The position numbers were made by a program, and so were the translations under genes. This document shows positions 1 to 12,687 of a DNA stretch of 64,000 bases, piece by piece; within the stretch, counting starts at the first letter, position 1; each line of letters begins with the position of its first letter. A model generated the notes under the pieces. The model worked only from the letters and a program-made list of their open reading frames with translations, made no database searches and had not been told where the DNA came from. Source of the stretch: Lama guanicoe (taxonomy: Eukaryota); NCBI GenBank assembly GCA_013239625.1, contig MU053557.1:4804123-4868122 (forward strand). Direction: 5' to 3'.

Positions 1-111
1 TTAAATGTCCTTTCCCATCAATAGATTTTGGACTCTTTGAGAGCTGGGACTCTTGGAAATTGAAAATTACCATTTATTGAGCACTCAACACGCATCAAGC
101 ACTGTGTTAGC

Positions 112-272
112 CAGGGTCGGCTTCACAGGCATAACCACGTGTGCAGTCACGCAGGGTTCCGCACTTAGCAGGGCCCTATGCTTAGTTTAATGCTCTGCTG
201 TTACCCTCAAGTAATCTTGAACAAGGGGCTCCACATTTTCCTTTTGCCCTCTAAATTATATAGGTGATCCAG
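112..272. mobile_element. MER91-like hAT-Tip100 MITE
   Basis: cagggtcggcttcacagg...gcttagtttaatgctctgctgttacc...aacaaggggctccacattttc. Confidence 0.55.
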
Positions 273-2039
273 GGGCTAACTCACCACTTTTGCAGGTATT
301 ATCCCTTTAGTCTTCCCAAAACCCTGTGAGTTAGGTTCTCTTACCCCAGTTTTCACAGTTCAGGAAATGGAATCCCAAAGAGGCTAAGTAGCTTGCCAAA
401 GCTCACAGTTAGGAAATGGTGGAGCTGGCACTTGAACACATGAAATCTGACCCTATAGCCCCCCACCTTAGTTCCAAGGTTCTATTTTATTCATGTCTCC
501 CCTCTCCCCTTGCTCTGCAGCATTCAGAAGCACACATGCACTTAATAGATGAATGAATGGATGCATATATGCAGCACATCTGCTGTTAAGTTAGCTAAGA
601 GAAGTGTAAGCAAAATGGCAAAAGCGTGGATGCCAGTTCTGGTTTGATTGTTTTTTCAAAGTTTGCAGGCTCATGGGTCTCAGCTGGGCTTGAAGCTCCA
701 TCCTCCCCAGCACTGCCAAGTGTTCAGACTATCAGATTTCTAGTATCATCAGTGGGGATCCTTGAGCAGGTTCACCAACCTCTCTGAGCCTTAGTTTTCT
801 CATATTTAAAAGAGAATCGTAATCCCTCCTTAAACCATGTTGCTCTTCTCCTAAAGCCAAAAAGAAACATAAGGTGTTGGTTACAACACATGTGAGCTGG
901 GCCTTGGACAGAATATAAAGATGGAAAAGCCTCCAGCTCTGTCCTCATGGAACTCATAGACAAGCAGAGAGAACATCTGACCCAAATAGATATAGTACAA
1001 GTAAGCCACGTTATGGTGAAGATTCAGAATGATGAAAGCACACCTTCCATCCCTCAAAAAATTTTTTTTGATATTAGGGACTATTTAGTAAGTACTCTGG
1101 CAACTCCATGTGCCCTCAACCCCAGTTACCAGTCCATCCTCACATCCTGTCTACTTTCCCTACTACGCCTCTCTAAAATCCAGCCACTTTTTCCTATCTC
1201 CACTGACACCATCCAACTTCATTAATTCACTCCACAAACATTTTAGCACCTACTATGTACACCTTTTGTTCGAGATGTCAGAAATCATAGCTGTGAACAA
1301 GACACCCTAACCAAGTTCATACACTAGTTGGGAGAACAAACAAAAAGGAAGCAAAAAATAAAATACTAAGAGGGAAAGGAAAATGTGCTGAACAAACGTA
1401 AAATAGTATATCCTTTAAAAAGAGTGGTTACAAAGGTTTCTCTGTTGAGGTGACCCCAGGACAGAATACAGCCCTTCCTTGCATGGACTAGTCCAATAGC
1501 TTGTCTCCCTGCCCCTTTTCTTCGACCCAACAATCTCCTCCATACAGCAAAGTAATTCCTTAAACATGTAAAGGTTTTGTAACACGTTTCCATTGCAATC
1601 ACAATACGACTCAAGTTCATTTAACAAAAAAAAATTTAGCAACCACATTAGGGCACTGTTCATTTAGTGCGAAGAGACCAAAAAAAAAAAATCCCTGCCC
1701 TAATGGAGTTTACATGTGAGGGAAAATAAGAAAATACACAGCATTTTAAAACATAATCAGAAAAAAAAAGAGTGAATTGGAGGGGAAAAGCCAGGAAGAG
1801 TGATGGGAGAGAAGAGGGTTGGGCTTCGATGTTTTTAACTCCTCACGTGACCTGGCCCTGCCTAACCACCTTCTAGTGTTGCCTCTCCCCTTCCTCCAGT
1901 ATTTCAGCTCCTTAACCGCAATACTTTCCCTCCCGACTTTGCAAATACTGTTTCCCTCTACCTGAACCACTTGCGTCCTCTTTACACCTACTTTACTCAG
2001 CTTTCAGTTCAAATATTATTTCCTTTGGGAAAACTACCC

Positions 2040-2469
2040 ACACTCGGCCGAACCGTATTCTAGGCTTCCGCAGTACTATGCCCCTCACCTTTAAACACCG
2101 GTCATATTTTGACTTTATACCGCGTTTGCATTTGTTTGTTGTGCATAACTTCACGTAAGCTCCATGAGGGCACAGCTACTATCCGTTTTGCCGCGGATTC
2201 CGCGTCTAGCACGGAGCCCATGTCCCTACAACAGGAACCCACCTTACGCGCCAAACACGCAGAGGACCGGAAGAGCTGAGTTACATCGGGAAGACAGGAT
2301 GGGGAACCCCTCAGAGCGCAAGGGCAACCGGAAGTGTGGTATTCCCTTCCGGGGCGGTGAGAGAGAAACACCCGCGAAGGCTACCGGGAAACGTGGTTTT
2401 TGAAGGGCGCGTAGCTCGTCACTTGAAGCGAGTGCGCGTGCGCTGTCTCCGTGGGCCGAGGTGGGGAAC
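2040..2469 (+). promoter_or_regulatory. GRPEL2: GRPEL2 CpG-island promoter with ETS/GABP and NRF1-type motifs
   Basis: CpG-dense sequence from ~2040 to 2850. CCGGAAG at 2267-2273, CCGGAAGTG at 2328-2336, CTTCCGG at 2346-2352, and NRF1-like TGCGCGTGCGC at 2433-2443, all directly upstream of the ATG at 2470. This combination is typical of nuclear-encoded mitochondrial genes. Confidence 0.75.
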
Positions 2470-2546
2470 ATGGCCGCGCGGCTCCTGTGGGCGGTCCGGC
2501 GGCGGATGCAACCCCTCCTGGCCTCGAGTGCTGCATCTGACGGCAG
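2470..2546 (+). CDS. GRPEL2: GrpE protein homolog 2, mitochondrial; coding exon 1 (Arg-rich presequence)
   Basis: aacATGg Kozak context; encodes MAARLLWAVRRRMQPLLASSAASDG(R); donor CAG|GTAAGC; 77 nt, phase matches exon 2. Confidence 0.93.
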
Positions 2547-4901
2547 GTAAGCAAGGCCATGGGGTTGGGGACGTGAGGACGATACGGGACCAGCGAGCCA
2601 GAGGGGCGATTGTAGACTGGAGGGCGAGAGGACCCACCAAGCCTCTTAGCCACTACAACTGGGCGCTCACGGCCCCATCTTACGGAGCGGGAAACTGAGG
2701 TCGACAGCCGCGCCTCCTTGCCAGGCCGAGGAAGGTGGGAAGATCCGAGGTCACGCCCTCGGAGGTGGGACCTCTTCTTCAGCCCGAGCGTCCATTGAGT
2801 TGGGAGTGTACCTTTCCCGACCCCTTCTCTCCAGCTTTGGTGCCTGGTGAATTGGGATTTTTTTTCCCCAATACCCTGCATGATCTTTGGCCCGTCCTTT
2901 CCCCACTATCCGGGCTTGATTTTACCTATCGGTTAAAAGAGGGCATTGGACTTGGTCTCTCTCCAAACGGCCCTTCCACCTGCCTTTGGGAGTCTGTGAA
3001 GTTCCGGTTGCTGCTTTTATTCGATTGCGGCAGCTTTTATTGATCACTTATCATGCTGATTGTAGACTATGGGTAGTTCCTTTTATTTCCGTTTAATTGA
3101 GGCAACTGAGGTTTACAAAAGTTGAGTAACTTCTCCAAACTTAAATACTTGGGAAGTGGTGGAACCCAGACTGGAAACCAGTCAGGGTTCTAGAATTGGC
3201 CCTTTTAATTAGTGACCAATATTAATTATTCTCAGGGACGATTCCCCGTTGACAGTTTCTTTATCTGAAAGAATAAAAATTGCTGAATGGGGGATGGGTA
3301 AGGTTGGATTTATGAAAAGTAAATTAAACTGTGGTGAAATCCGGGCACTTTGCGTAACTATTTGTCACCTTTGTATCTTAACACACCTAACTCAGTTCCC
3401 CACCCCCATCATCAGGTTGAGAGGGTGAAGTCAGGATTTCAAGCTTTTTTTCTTTTTCTTTTTTTTCCTTAAGGTCTTTTTGGCAGTTTGTGGTGTAGGG
3501 AAGAGATAAAAGAAAAATGTTTCCTTCTAACAAAATTTCCCCTCCCTCCAATTCTGAAGCACTAGGAGTTGAGAGGATCTGCCACAACTCCCTTCTTTTT
3601 CACGACTTTGGCTCTGGCCATTTTCCCTTTCAGCTGAGGCTGAGGATATTTTGACCTACTTTCAGTTGGATAAATGTAATTTGTTAAGGAATTTAGGAGG
3701 AAGGATCTATTTCACCCTGTGTGATGTGCCTCAGATCTATGGTGACCATATTTTCTGAACTAAAAATTTGTAATCATATGTAATCTGACACCAGATCATA
3801 ATAGCTGAATTCAAGATTGGCCTAGAAGATAAAAGTCCTCTTCCCCACACACTTATAGTGACTGTTCCTCTTCATTTTCTTGAAATAAACTCCTTTATCC
3901 ACTTTAAGCCTTTGCTTAGATTTCACCTCAGTGACCACTCTTCAGTATATGCCAGTTTACGTAAACAAACTATTTGTTTTAAAGACCTTTTGCGTTCACA
4001 GATTTTCTTGATGGTTTTACTTCAAAAATAAGGATCATGGGGATGTAACAGAAACTTCCCTGACTGACTGCTACAATCCAAGATCTATAGCTAGCCCCTA
4101 CTCTAAATTTTTTATGTAAACTGAACTGTGTGTCAAACATTTTAGCTGTACAAAACTCTAGAATACAAACATAATTGAATGCAAAGATCTATTTTATGCA
4201 CCTGTTTATAGTTCACAGTCCACAACATACAGTGTTTTATAAGTATTTAACTGACTTGATTTTACATATAGGTGAGTTCCCAACTCATTTTCTCTTAGCA
4301 CAGATTCTTTTCCATAAAAGCCTTACTTTTACTTAGAATTTGTGGGTCAAAAAGGCTTTAGAATTCTAGGCCTAACTTCAGTTTGATATGATAAGGTACG
4401 TTTACTGGAATTAATTTCCTCATCTATAAAATGAAGGAGTGAACCTGAACTGTTTGGCTTTGTGTTTGATTTCCTGCTTCTGATGTTGCCCTGCTGGTTC
4501 TAAGTATTAGAATTTGATTTTCTCTTGTTGACTTTTGTGTCCCCACTTCTGGCTATTTCTACTGCCTAATTTTCAGTATCCTGGTTCAACAGAATACTAG
4601 CTCTGTGATCTTAGGCAAATCAGAAGCCTCTCTGAGCTTCAGTTTTCTCATCTATAACATAGGGATGATAATAGTATTTACCTCACACTTCATGAGATGA
4701 AAAGATGATTTAAGTAAAACCCTGACAACTATGTCTTGCATCCAGCAAGCACATTATAAGTGTTTGTATTGTTTCTGTGACTGAAAGCACTTTTACTAGA
4801 GAGAGTCAATCTGGGAAAAACTGCAGACTCTGAACTTTGTTGTAACTTTAGCTGTCTGTGATGGCATTTCTTCATAATGTACCACCTCTCTCCCACTTTA
4901 G

Positions 4902-5055
4902 GGGATGGCTGCATCCTTTCAGCACTGCTACCCAGAGAACTGCTGGTGAGGACTGCAATTCTGAGGACCCTCCTGATGAACTTGGGCCCTCTCTTGCAGA
5001 ACGAGCCTTAAAGCTAAAAGCTGTTAAACTGGAGAAGGAAGTCCAAGATTTAACA
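4902..5055 (+). CDS. GRPEL2: GRPEL2 coding exon 2
   Basis: Acceptor tttag|G; encodes GWLHPFSTATQRTAGEDCNSEDPPDELGPSLAERALKLKAVKLEKEVQDLT; donor ACA|GTGAGT; 154 nt. Confidence 0.96.
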
Positions 5056-6015
5056 GTGAGTGAATTTTACATTATCTGTTCATATATTCTATAATATATA
5101 GTATGTTTTCTGTTATCTGCTTAGATTATCTATATTATCTTCACATCTTCCCTCCAGTTTAAATATCTACATAAAGTTTTTTATGTCGGATTTTATGTCC
5201 TCTAATTGGCTCTTTACTTACCCCCCACCCCACTTCCACTCTTGCTAGGTATACTAGGCATTATAATCTGTAGTAGTTCAAAAACATCACTGACTACAGA
5301 TGATCATTTTTCTGCAGTTCCCTCCCATGTCCCAGTACTTAGATATCTGATGTTTTGGTAGCTTCAAAGAAAGTACATGTAGTAGACATGTACTAGACAC
5401 TCAATAAATATTTGCTGAATGAGTTATCTCACTTATCATTGTATTCTGCCAATCAGGCTACAGCTAGGATACTATGCCGTACTGGGCTGACAGATAAACT
5501 TTGAGGAAGATAAATAATTAGAGTAATTCCAAAGCAAGACCACCCAAAAAGAGAAAGGAAGTTGGAAAGCATGTCTTATGAGAGTAATTAAAGGAACCAG
5601 AGATTATAAGAATGAAAGAGAAAAAGAGTAAAGAGGCTAAGATAACTGCCTTCAAATAGACGGCATATTTTTAAAACTTACTCTTGGTTGTCCTAGAGTT
5701 CAGTTCAACTAAAGAAAGTTGGCGGATGGAAGTATTGGCTGACGGTGAAAAAGAAAGCTTTTTCTCAGGATAATGAGCTTGAAAACAGTTGTTTAGTGTT
5801 CAAACTAGCAGGCTAAATGACAGCCTATGAAGGCTATCATAAAAAGAGTTTTACTCTAAGAATTTAGAGTAGCTGATCTAAGATTCCTATACCTCCTAAT
5901 TTTTTTTTTAATGAAAACCTATCACAAGGCTAAAATGTGTAAAGTAAGCAAAAAGTTCCTTTCCACCAATAAGCATTTTTATTCTTATCACTTTGACTTT
6001 GCTTTTGATACTCAG

Positions 6016-6097
6016 GTGAGATACCAGAGAGCTGTAGCTGATGGTGAAAATATAAGAAGGCGAACCCAGAGATGTGTAGAAGATGCCAAGATATTTG
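6016..6097 (+). CDS. GRPEL2: GRPEL2 coding exon 3
   Basis: Acceptor ctcag|; encodes VRYQRAVADGENIRRRTQRCVEDAKIF(G), the GrpE long-helix AD-x-ENxRRR motif; donor TTG|GTGAGA; 82 nt. Confidence 0.96.
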
Positions 6098-9000
6098 GTG
6101 AGAGATTTATTAATAATAAAAACACCTTTTAGTTTAAGGGCACTTTGCTAGCACTTCTGCACACTGAACTTAGCCAAAAACACATCTGGGTCCTTAACTA
6201 ATCTGTACCCTACCCTTCCTCTATCCCCAGAGGCTTTCTGTGCTGCTTATTGAGAATGTTGTCAAGTGAACCATTTGCTAAAATAATGCTTGCCTTTATT
6301 TTCAAGCCTGTACAGTTAATATTCTAGTGCTTATACAAGCAATTCTGTTTAACTCATTAATGAACAAGTAAATCATTGAGATGTTCACAGGAGATTTCAA
6401 AGAGCAGACACGTAGGCAGCCAGAAATGCTGAAATTTTGCTTCAGGCAAAATTAGTCTGTATCCATAGTGCAGTAATCACCTGTATCTCCACCAGACAAT
6501 TTTCACAACTATGGACGAGAATACTCTCAGTGTTCTACAACTTGCTAAGTTACAACTCAGAGGCTCACGCCACACGGAATCAGATAACCCTGAAGGCTGT
6601 GCTAGATCAAATCTGTTTTTTCACTGATGATACTGAGTAATCTTTTTAGTCCATTTCAGAGTCTTTCAGAAACTTTTTCCTAAGTGCACCACATCTCTTT
6701 CCAAATTTGCTCATGAAAATCTTAGTTAAGTAACAGGGATTCAAGGGTAAAGGGCAAATCTGTGATTACTTGCTGTACTCATAATTTAACATGGAGCAGT
6801 ATACTTTTACTACACATAAGATGGAGTGCTTGAGGGGCCTCTGGATTTTATCTAGTCCAATTTCCTCTTATAGGTGAGCTAGAAAAAGTTATTTGGTGAC
6901 AGGTGTGTAGACATGAGTCCATTGACCCCTAATCTGTTATTCTTTTCCTTTTATCATACTACTCCCTCTTTATGTTTTATCCGGTATTTGTACACAGGAT
7001 TCCCTTCGTTCCTGCCCTGTCCAACTCCAGTGCTTTGGCATAGCCTTCTGCTTTTCATTCAGTGCTATAGACTCATCTTTCAAGACTTTGAGTAAATACT
7101 AACCACCAAGTTGAATTCCTAAATAGCTAAATACTGGCCCCCAAATGGTGTTCTTGTTATTTCATCCATGTTTTAGTCTCCTATTTCCAACTATCAGGGC
7201 TCAGCAAACTATAGCCTGCAGGCCAATCCTGCCAGCTGTTAAATACCGTAAATACAGTCCTGAATTTCATCATTAAAAATTTGTGGAAATTGATTTTCTC
7301 TTTTGCTAAATAATCACCTACGTAAGATGCTTAATTCTGCCTCTTATCCCACAAAACCTAAAATATTTACTATATGGCCTTTTACAGAGAAAGTTTGGTG
7401 ACCTCTAAGCTACAGGGAATTTTTGTAGCAAATAGACCAATTGTGATAATGGGAAGACTTCCTGCCTGCTTGAGGGGAGCAGAGTGAACTGACTTACCAG
7501 AAGTCAAGTTTTGATGCGTTAGAAACTGGGTTATGTCAGTTTCCTCAAGAATTAATAAGGTGCTTAGAAACAAGCACATATTAACTAAATTCAAAAGAAT
7601 TTGGTAATCTAATTCATTAATTTAGAGAGAAAAATGTCTAGCAAAACATGCCACATAAGTCATTTGCTTGGGTCATTTCCTCCTAGTGGCCAGGAATACT
7701 TAGAAACTTAAAGATTGTTCTGTGAGCATGGAATTAGAAAAAAAGTAGAAAGCTTTTATTTTTATTTAATTAATGCATAGTATAGCATGATGACTATCTT
7801 CCTTCTGGGGATAGTCTTGTCTCAGTTACCCACCTTCTCTTAAACAGGTCACAGAGACCTTTATCCCCTCTAAGGAATGGTGTGAACACCAACCATCTAT
7901 TAAAGTAACACAATAATACAAACAGAATCAGGGACGGAACCCCCTCACTCTGTAGGCAAGAGAATCCAGGCTTCTGTTTATCCAGATTATTACAAGTTTA
8001 CTGACTAAAAGCCAGGACTCTTTGTACCATGGCAGTGTAGAAATCAACCCAGCAGTTTACAGCTTTCAAAATTCTATTAGAGTATTTGTCTTCCTCTGAA
8101 TAGCCAGGGAAAGCCCTTGATGTCCCTGATTGATCTTTATCAGACATTCTTTTCTCTAAATTTTGTCAGTGTACTTTTCAAGCCTTTAGCTAATCTCTTC
8201 CACTTTTTCTGCTGATGTTACTAACAGCGATTAATATATACAGCTGCCATCCCTAATGGTGATGGGGGAGGTGTTTTGTGGAATTCTGAATACACCAAGT
8301 CTGGTTCCCAGGAAATGCCTGCTGCTTTCATTCTTTCCTCTCCATTGCCTCCTCTCTAGCTTCCAATCATATCATACCAAGATTACTTCAGTTGGCTCTG
8401 CTCTATTTCTTCTGATATCTTTTCACTCCACCCATCTGTCCTGCCCCAAGCACCCAGAGTCATTATGTGTTATTGTTAGATAATTTAAATTCTGTTCCAC
8501 CTGTTTTGCTCAAGAAACTGGGGTGGATTTCTGTTACCCAGAAGTTAAAGGTAGAATCTTTACCTCTGTGTCAGTCATTACTTCCCATCCAGGCAGTATG
8601 TACCTAGAAAATGTCTCCTCTGTCATCATCTCTTTTAAGCTACCTGTTTTGGCACAGGACCTTGAACCTGTCCTTGGATTAAAGCTAAATCAGCAAAGTC
8701 CTTTACCCCCCACCAGCTCTACCCAGGGCTTTTGTATTACCATGGATATCTGTAATGATGATATTCCTTCTCATATCTGAGAAAAATCAAGAATGCAGCA
8801 TTGGAGTAGTAAGATTTTTCCACAGCTGAGTTTACTTTTATAAAGTTTATGTGATTCTAAAAAGATTAGACAAGTCGGGTGGCCTGTCTCCATCAGGTAT
8901 AGAAAACTTCATAGCAGGCATTTAGAGACTTACCTCGTCTATGGAGTGTCTTACTTTCCTGTTCCTATTTAGCTAATCTTCAAGAATAAACCACTCTTTG

Positions 9001-9476
9001 ACTCCTCTTAGTCTTGTCAACTATTCTTTTATTATTCCCCCATCAATGAAATACTAATATCTTGTTTCTGTTGAAAATGCATGCCTTAGCACAACTGAGA
9101 TAGGAATTTTCAAAATGTGTGTAACATAGTACTAAAGGTGAATAATAACAAAAGTACAAGAAGCATATAACAGTAGTCAAGTTTTAAAGAACAGTTTTCT
9201 GAACCTTTGTATATAGTCTTACCTGGCCCCTGGGTTCTAACCATCTTCCCCATTTCCTGGTAGGCTTCCTAGTCACATTCCTTCCAAGAGAAATGCTGGC
9301 TTGTCAGTGGGTTGCAGTAATAATTATTGATGATGATCCCAGAATCCTGTGTGGCAATCTTCCCATTTCCTGGGGTACCCAATATACCAGCCACCTCTCT
9401 GGGCCTTCCCCAAACTCTACTGTCAAGAGCGGAGTGATGTCCTCACAAACATTAAGAGTGTCTGGTCTCTCTATAG

Positions 9477-9841
9477 GCATTCAGAGCTTCTGTAAGGACT
9501 TGGTAGAGGTGGCAGACATTTTGGAGAAGACTACAGAGTGCATTTCTGAAGAAACAGAGCCTGGGGACCAGAAGCTCATTCTGGAGAAGATCTTCCGAGG
9601 GTTGTCACTTTTAGAAGCAAAGCTGAAAAGTGTGTTTGCCAAACATGGCCTGGAGAAGATGACACCCATTGGTGACAAATATGACCCTCATGAGCATGAA
9701 CTCATCTGTCATGTGCCAGCTGGTGTAGGGGTGCAGCCTGGCACCGTGGCATTAGTAAGGCAAGACGGCTACAAGCTTCATGGCCGCACCATTAGACTTG
9801 CCCAGGTGGAAGTGGCAGTAGAGTCTCAGAGGAGACTATGA
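9477..9841 (+). CDS. GRPEL2: GRPEL2 coding exon 4 (terminal)
   Basis: Acceptor ctatag|; encodes IQSFCKDLVEVAD...YDPHEHE...GYKLHGRTIRLAQVEVAVESQRRL*, the GrpE signature. Total CDS 77+154+82+365=678 nt, 225 aa. Confidence 0.97.
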
Positions 9842-12681
9842 ATGGGCCATGAGGAACTGAGTGTTCTCCCAGCATGCAGTCACCTGTGATTCTTTTATTT
9901 ATTAAACTAGGTTTGTATTGTACATGAGGTACTTCATGTAATCTGTTTTGGATTTAGTCATATTGGCTTTATTTCTAAGATACTCTGTTGATTTAATGTG
10001 ACCTGTTTGGTCTCATCAGAAGTCTTGCCATTGGGCATTTGAACAATGTGACAAGGGTTCCTGTGGCCTTATCAAAATATGTTTAAGAAAATTATTTTTA
10101 AACTGGTACTCTGATGACTTTCAACCCAAAATCCTTTCTAAAGGTGGAAATGAGTATATGTTTGTGTATTTTCAACTTAATGTTCCCTCCTAATGGTCCC
10201 TATAAACAAATTGTATAGGATCTTGTGTTTTGTGGGAAAAGCAGATGGTAGGGATTGGTTCAACATTTGGGTACTTAGATGATAAAGCTTTATAGTTGTA
10301 TGCATTTAGACCATGTGGGTTGATTTTTATGCACAGAGATTTTTCAGGACTTCACTTTTTTATTTTCCTTTTAGCCATCTTTTGTCCTTGTAGTTCTGCC
10401 AGGTAGGCTTCATATTCACACTCATTGTCCCTTTTCAAATCCCACGTACAAGGCTAAAGGCTCAGGCAAGACTTGGAAGGCAGGGAGCATCAAGAAGTCG
10501 AGATACCAGGTCCCTTTCAGGCAAGTATGGCCAAGAAACCTTGTGCTTTCTTGCTAAATTATCTTCAGATTATTTTCAGCCTCCATAGGTTTATTATCAT
10601 TTCAGGGAAATTGCGGCAGCAGCGATAGCTAATAACCTACATCAGTCTGTACAGGTAATTTACTCACAACTTCTCTTTCTACTAGCTCTTAAATTCTCTG
10701 CCACTTTGTCAGATTTACCTTATGACCCTTTATAAGATTATGTGGGGAGGTGTCAGGACAAAATATATTAGGTTCCCATGATTTCTTATTTCATTTAGTT
10801 TTGCTGGGTTGGGGGGTTCTTTTGTGTGTGTTTTTGGGGGGTCTTTTGGCACTCACAATTCACTACCTCTCTTACATTGATGAGTTTTATTTTCTAGTTT
10901 TTGTTGTATCTGTCTCATGTCAGATGTGTAAACATCTAGCTCCCCTTTTATGTATTGACCTCCTAGAGTTAATGAGCCTATGTCTTTATTTTTTATTTCA
11001 GTCTTGCTGATAGATGGTATTCTGTAAAAGATTTATTCAATAAATGAGTTAGTAAATGAATGATATATCAGACTTTAGAAAGGAGGTCATTATGGATATT
11101 TTAATGTTAGAAGCGGCCTTGCCCTTTCAGCTTCTTCTGAAGTGTGAAAACATAGTCTTTTTAGGACTGGACTCAAAGAAAAAAAAAACTCTAAAAATAA
11201 TAAACTAAGTTTCAGTGAGAACTTGAGTAAGAAACAACTAGATATCAACTTTAATCATTTAAGATTCAACAGTTCTATAATAAATATGCAAATAATTCAT
11301 CCAGCAGACAATTAATGTTGTTAGGTGTCCAGATTGCCCAGGTTTAGGTACAAGTTAGTTACCCATAAAATAAATCCATCTCTGCTAGAACTCTGTGACC
11401 CCATTCCATGAGGTGGTGAAAGCTATCCTCTTAGACATCATAGATAGTTCTAGCATACCACACAGACATGTATCAACAAAGCCATCCCCAATGGGTCCTA
11501 CCATTTTCACCAGATTTAGACACTTAAAAAAACAAATACATGCTTCGAAGATGCAAACAAAGACTAGTGGTGAGAGTTTAAAACCAGAGCCTCTTTTGGC
11601 ATTCCACTAAGACAGACTAAATTTAATGAGCATTCAGATTTCACAGTAGGAATTTGTGCATTTTTTTGCCTTCATTCCTTTGAGATTGACACATGGTAAC
11701 AAGAAAATGAGCCAATTATAACTACCCATGTGTTCTTGGATTACTAGCTATCATTACCAATAAATTAGAATAACCATAAGTTTAGGTGTGGAATGGTCTG
11801 ATTACTTGAAGAGTTTTTTAATATTCCTTGCAACTTCCTGTCTTAGCAAGTAGATTGAATGAGAATAATTTTAGGTTCTTCTATTATTCAGTAGTTTTGC
11901 AGACTTGAAAGTATAAATTTAGAAGATGGAGCTATAACAGTGTGAATCTCAAAAAGTTGAAGGGCTTTCAGGAGCCAGCGCAGCATTGCCGAGACATACA
12001 GGCATCAACTTGAACATAATCCCCAGCTCAATCACTTCAATCTTCTGAGCCTACTTCCTTGTTTGTAAAATGGTTACAATTCTCAAAGTATTTCGAGGAT
12101 TAAATGAAATGTGCAAATTGCCTATTACAGTAGGCCCTCATATATTTATTTTTATTGCTTTTATTATACACATTGTTTTTCCTATGTTGTTATAGTTGCC
12201 TAAAGTCTAGGGAAAGGGGAAGACTGGTTAAGTGGTGCTTGACTGTTTAAAAAAAAATTTTTATATAAGCTAATCAATCACAGTGAACTTATTTTCCTTT
12301 CAGCTTCTGTTTTTGTGTTTGTTTGTTTTAACCATAATGAAGGAAGTCTACATTTTGTGACTGGAGGAACAAGAGAATTGTTTCAGCACTCTTAATTATA
12401 TTCATATTGATGGTAAAGTGAAAAGACATTATTGGCTTGCAGATAATGTGTGTAAGGAAGCTTTGGCTCATTTGAAGAGGGATCTTGGTATTTTAGTACT
12501 TAGATTATACAAATCTTTTGTGGATTTTCCTCACTGCCATAATGGAATCCTTCAGTTTGATACTGATAAAAGTTATATGGTGTTCTTTCATGGCAAAGGA
12601 TTTGATGAGTAAGGTTTTAGACACTAAAGCAAAATCAAATAAGGAAATTAAGGATGAAATGTAATTTTCAGAAACAACTTT

Positions 12682-12687
12682 AATAAA
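12682..12687 (+). terminator. GRPEL2: Probable distal polyadenylation signal of GRPEL2 (3'UTR about 2.9 kb)
   Basis: AATAAA followed by T/GT-rich sequence at the end of an AT-rich UTR-like stretch. Alternative signals are ATTAAA at 9901-9906 and AATAAA at 11039-11044. Confidence 0.45.

Noticed and set aside
2506..2508. In-frame Met13 in GRPEL2 as the start of a presequence-less isoform
   Set aside because: The first ATG has a strong Kozak context (A-3, G+4) and Met13 a weak one, so leaky scanning is unlikely.
5372..5394. Perfect 9-bp inverted repeat AGTACATGT-agtag-ACATGTACT in GRPEL2 intron 2
   Set aside because: Short enough to occur by chance in 64 kb; adjacent to decayed L2-like sequence; too small for a pre-miRNA.
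9293..9476. N-terminal extension of the 182-aa ORF (MLACQW...)
   Set aside because: Intronic open frame upstream of the true GRPEL2 exon 4 acceptor at 9476/9477.
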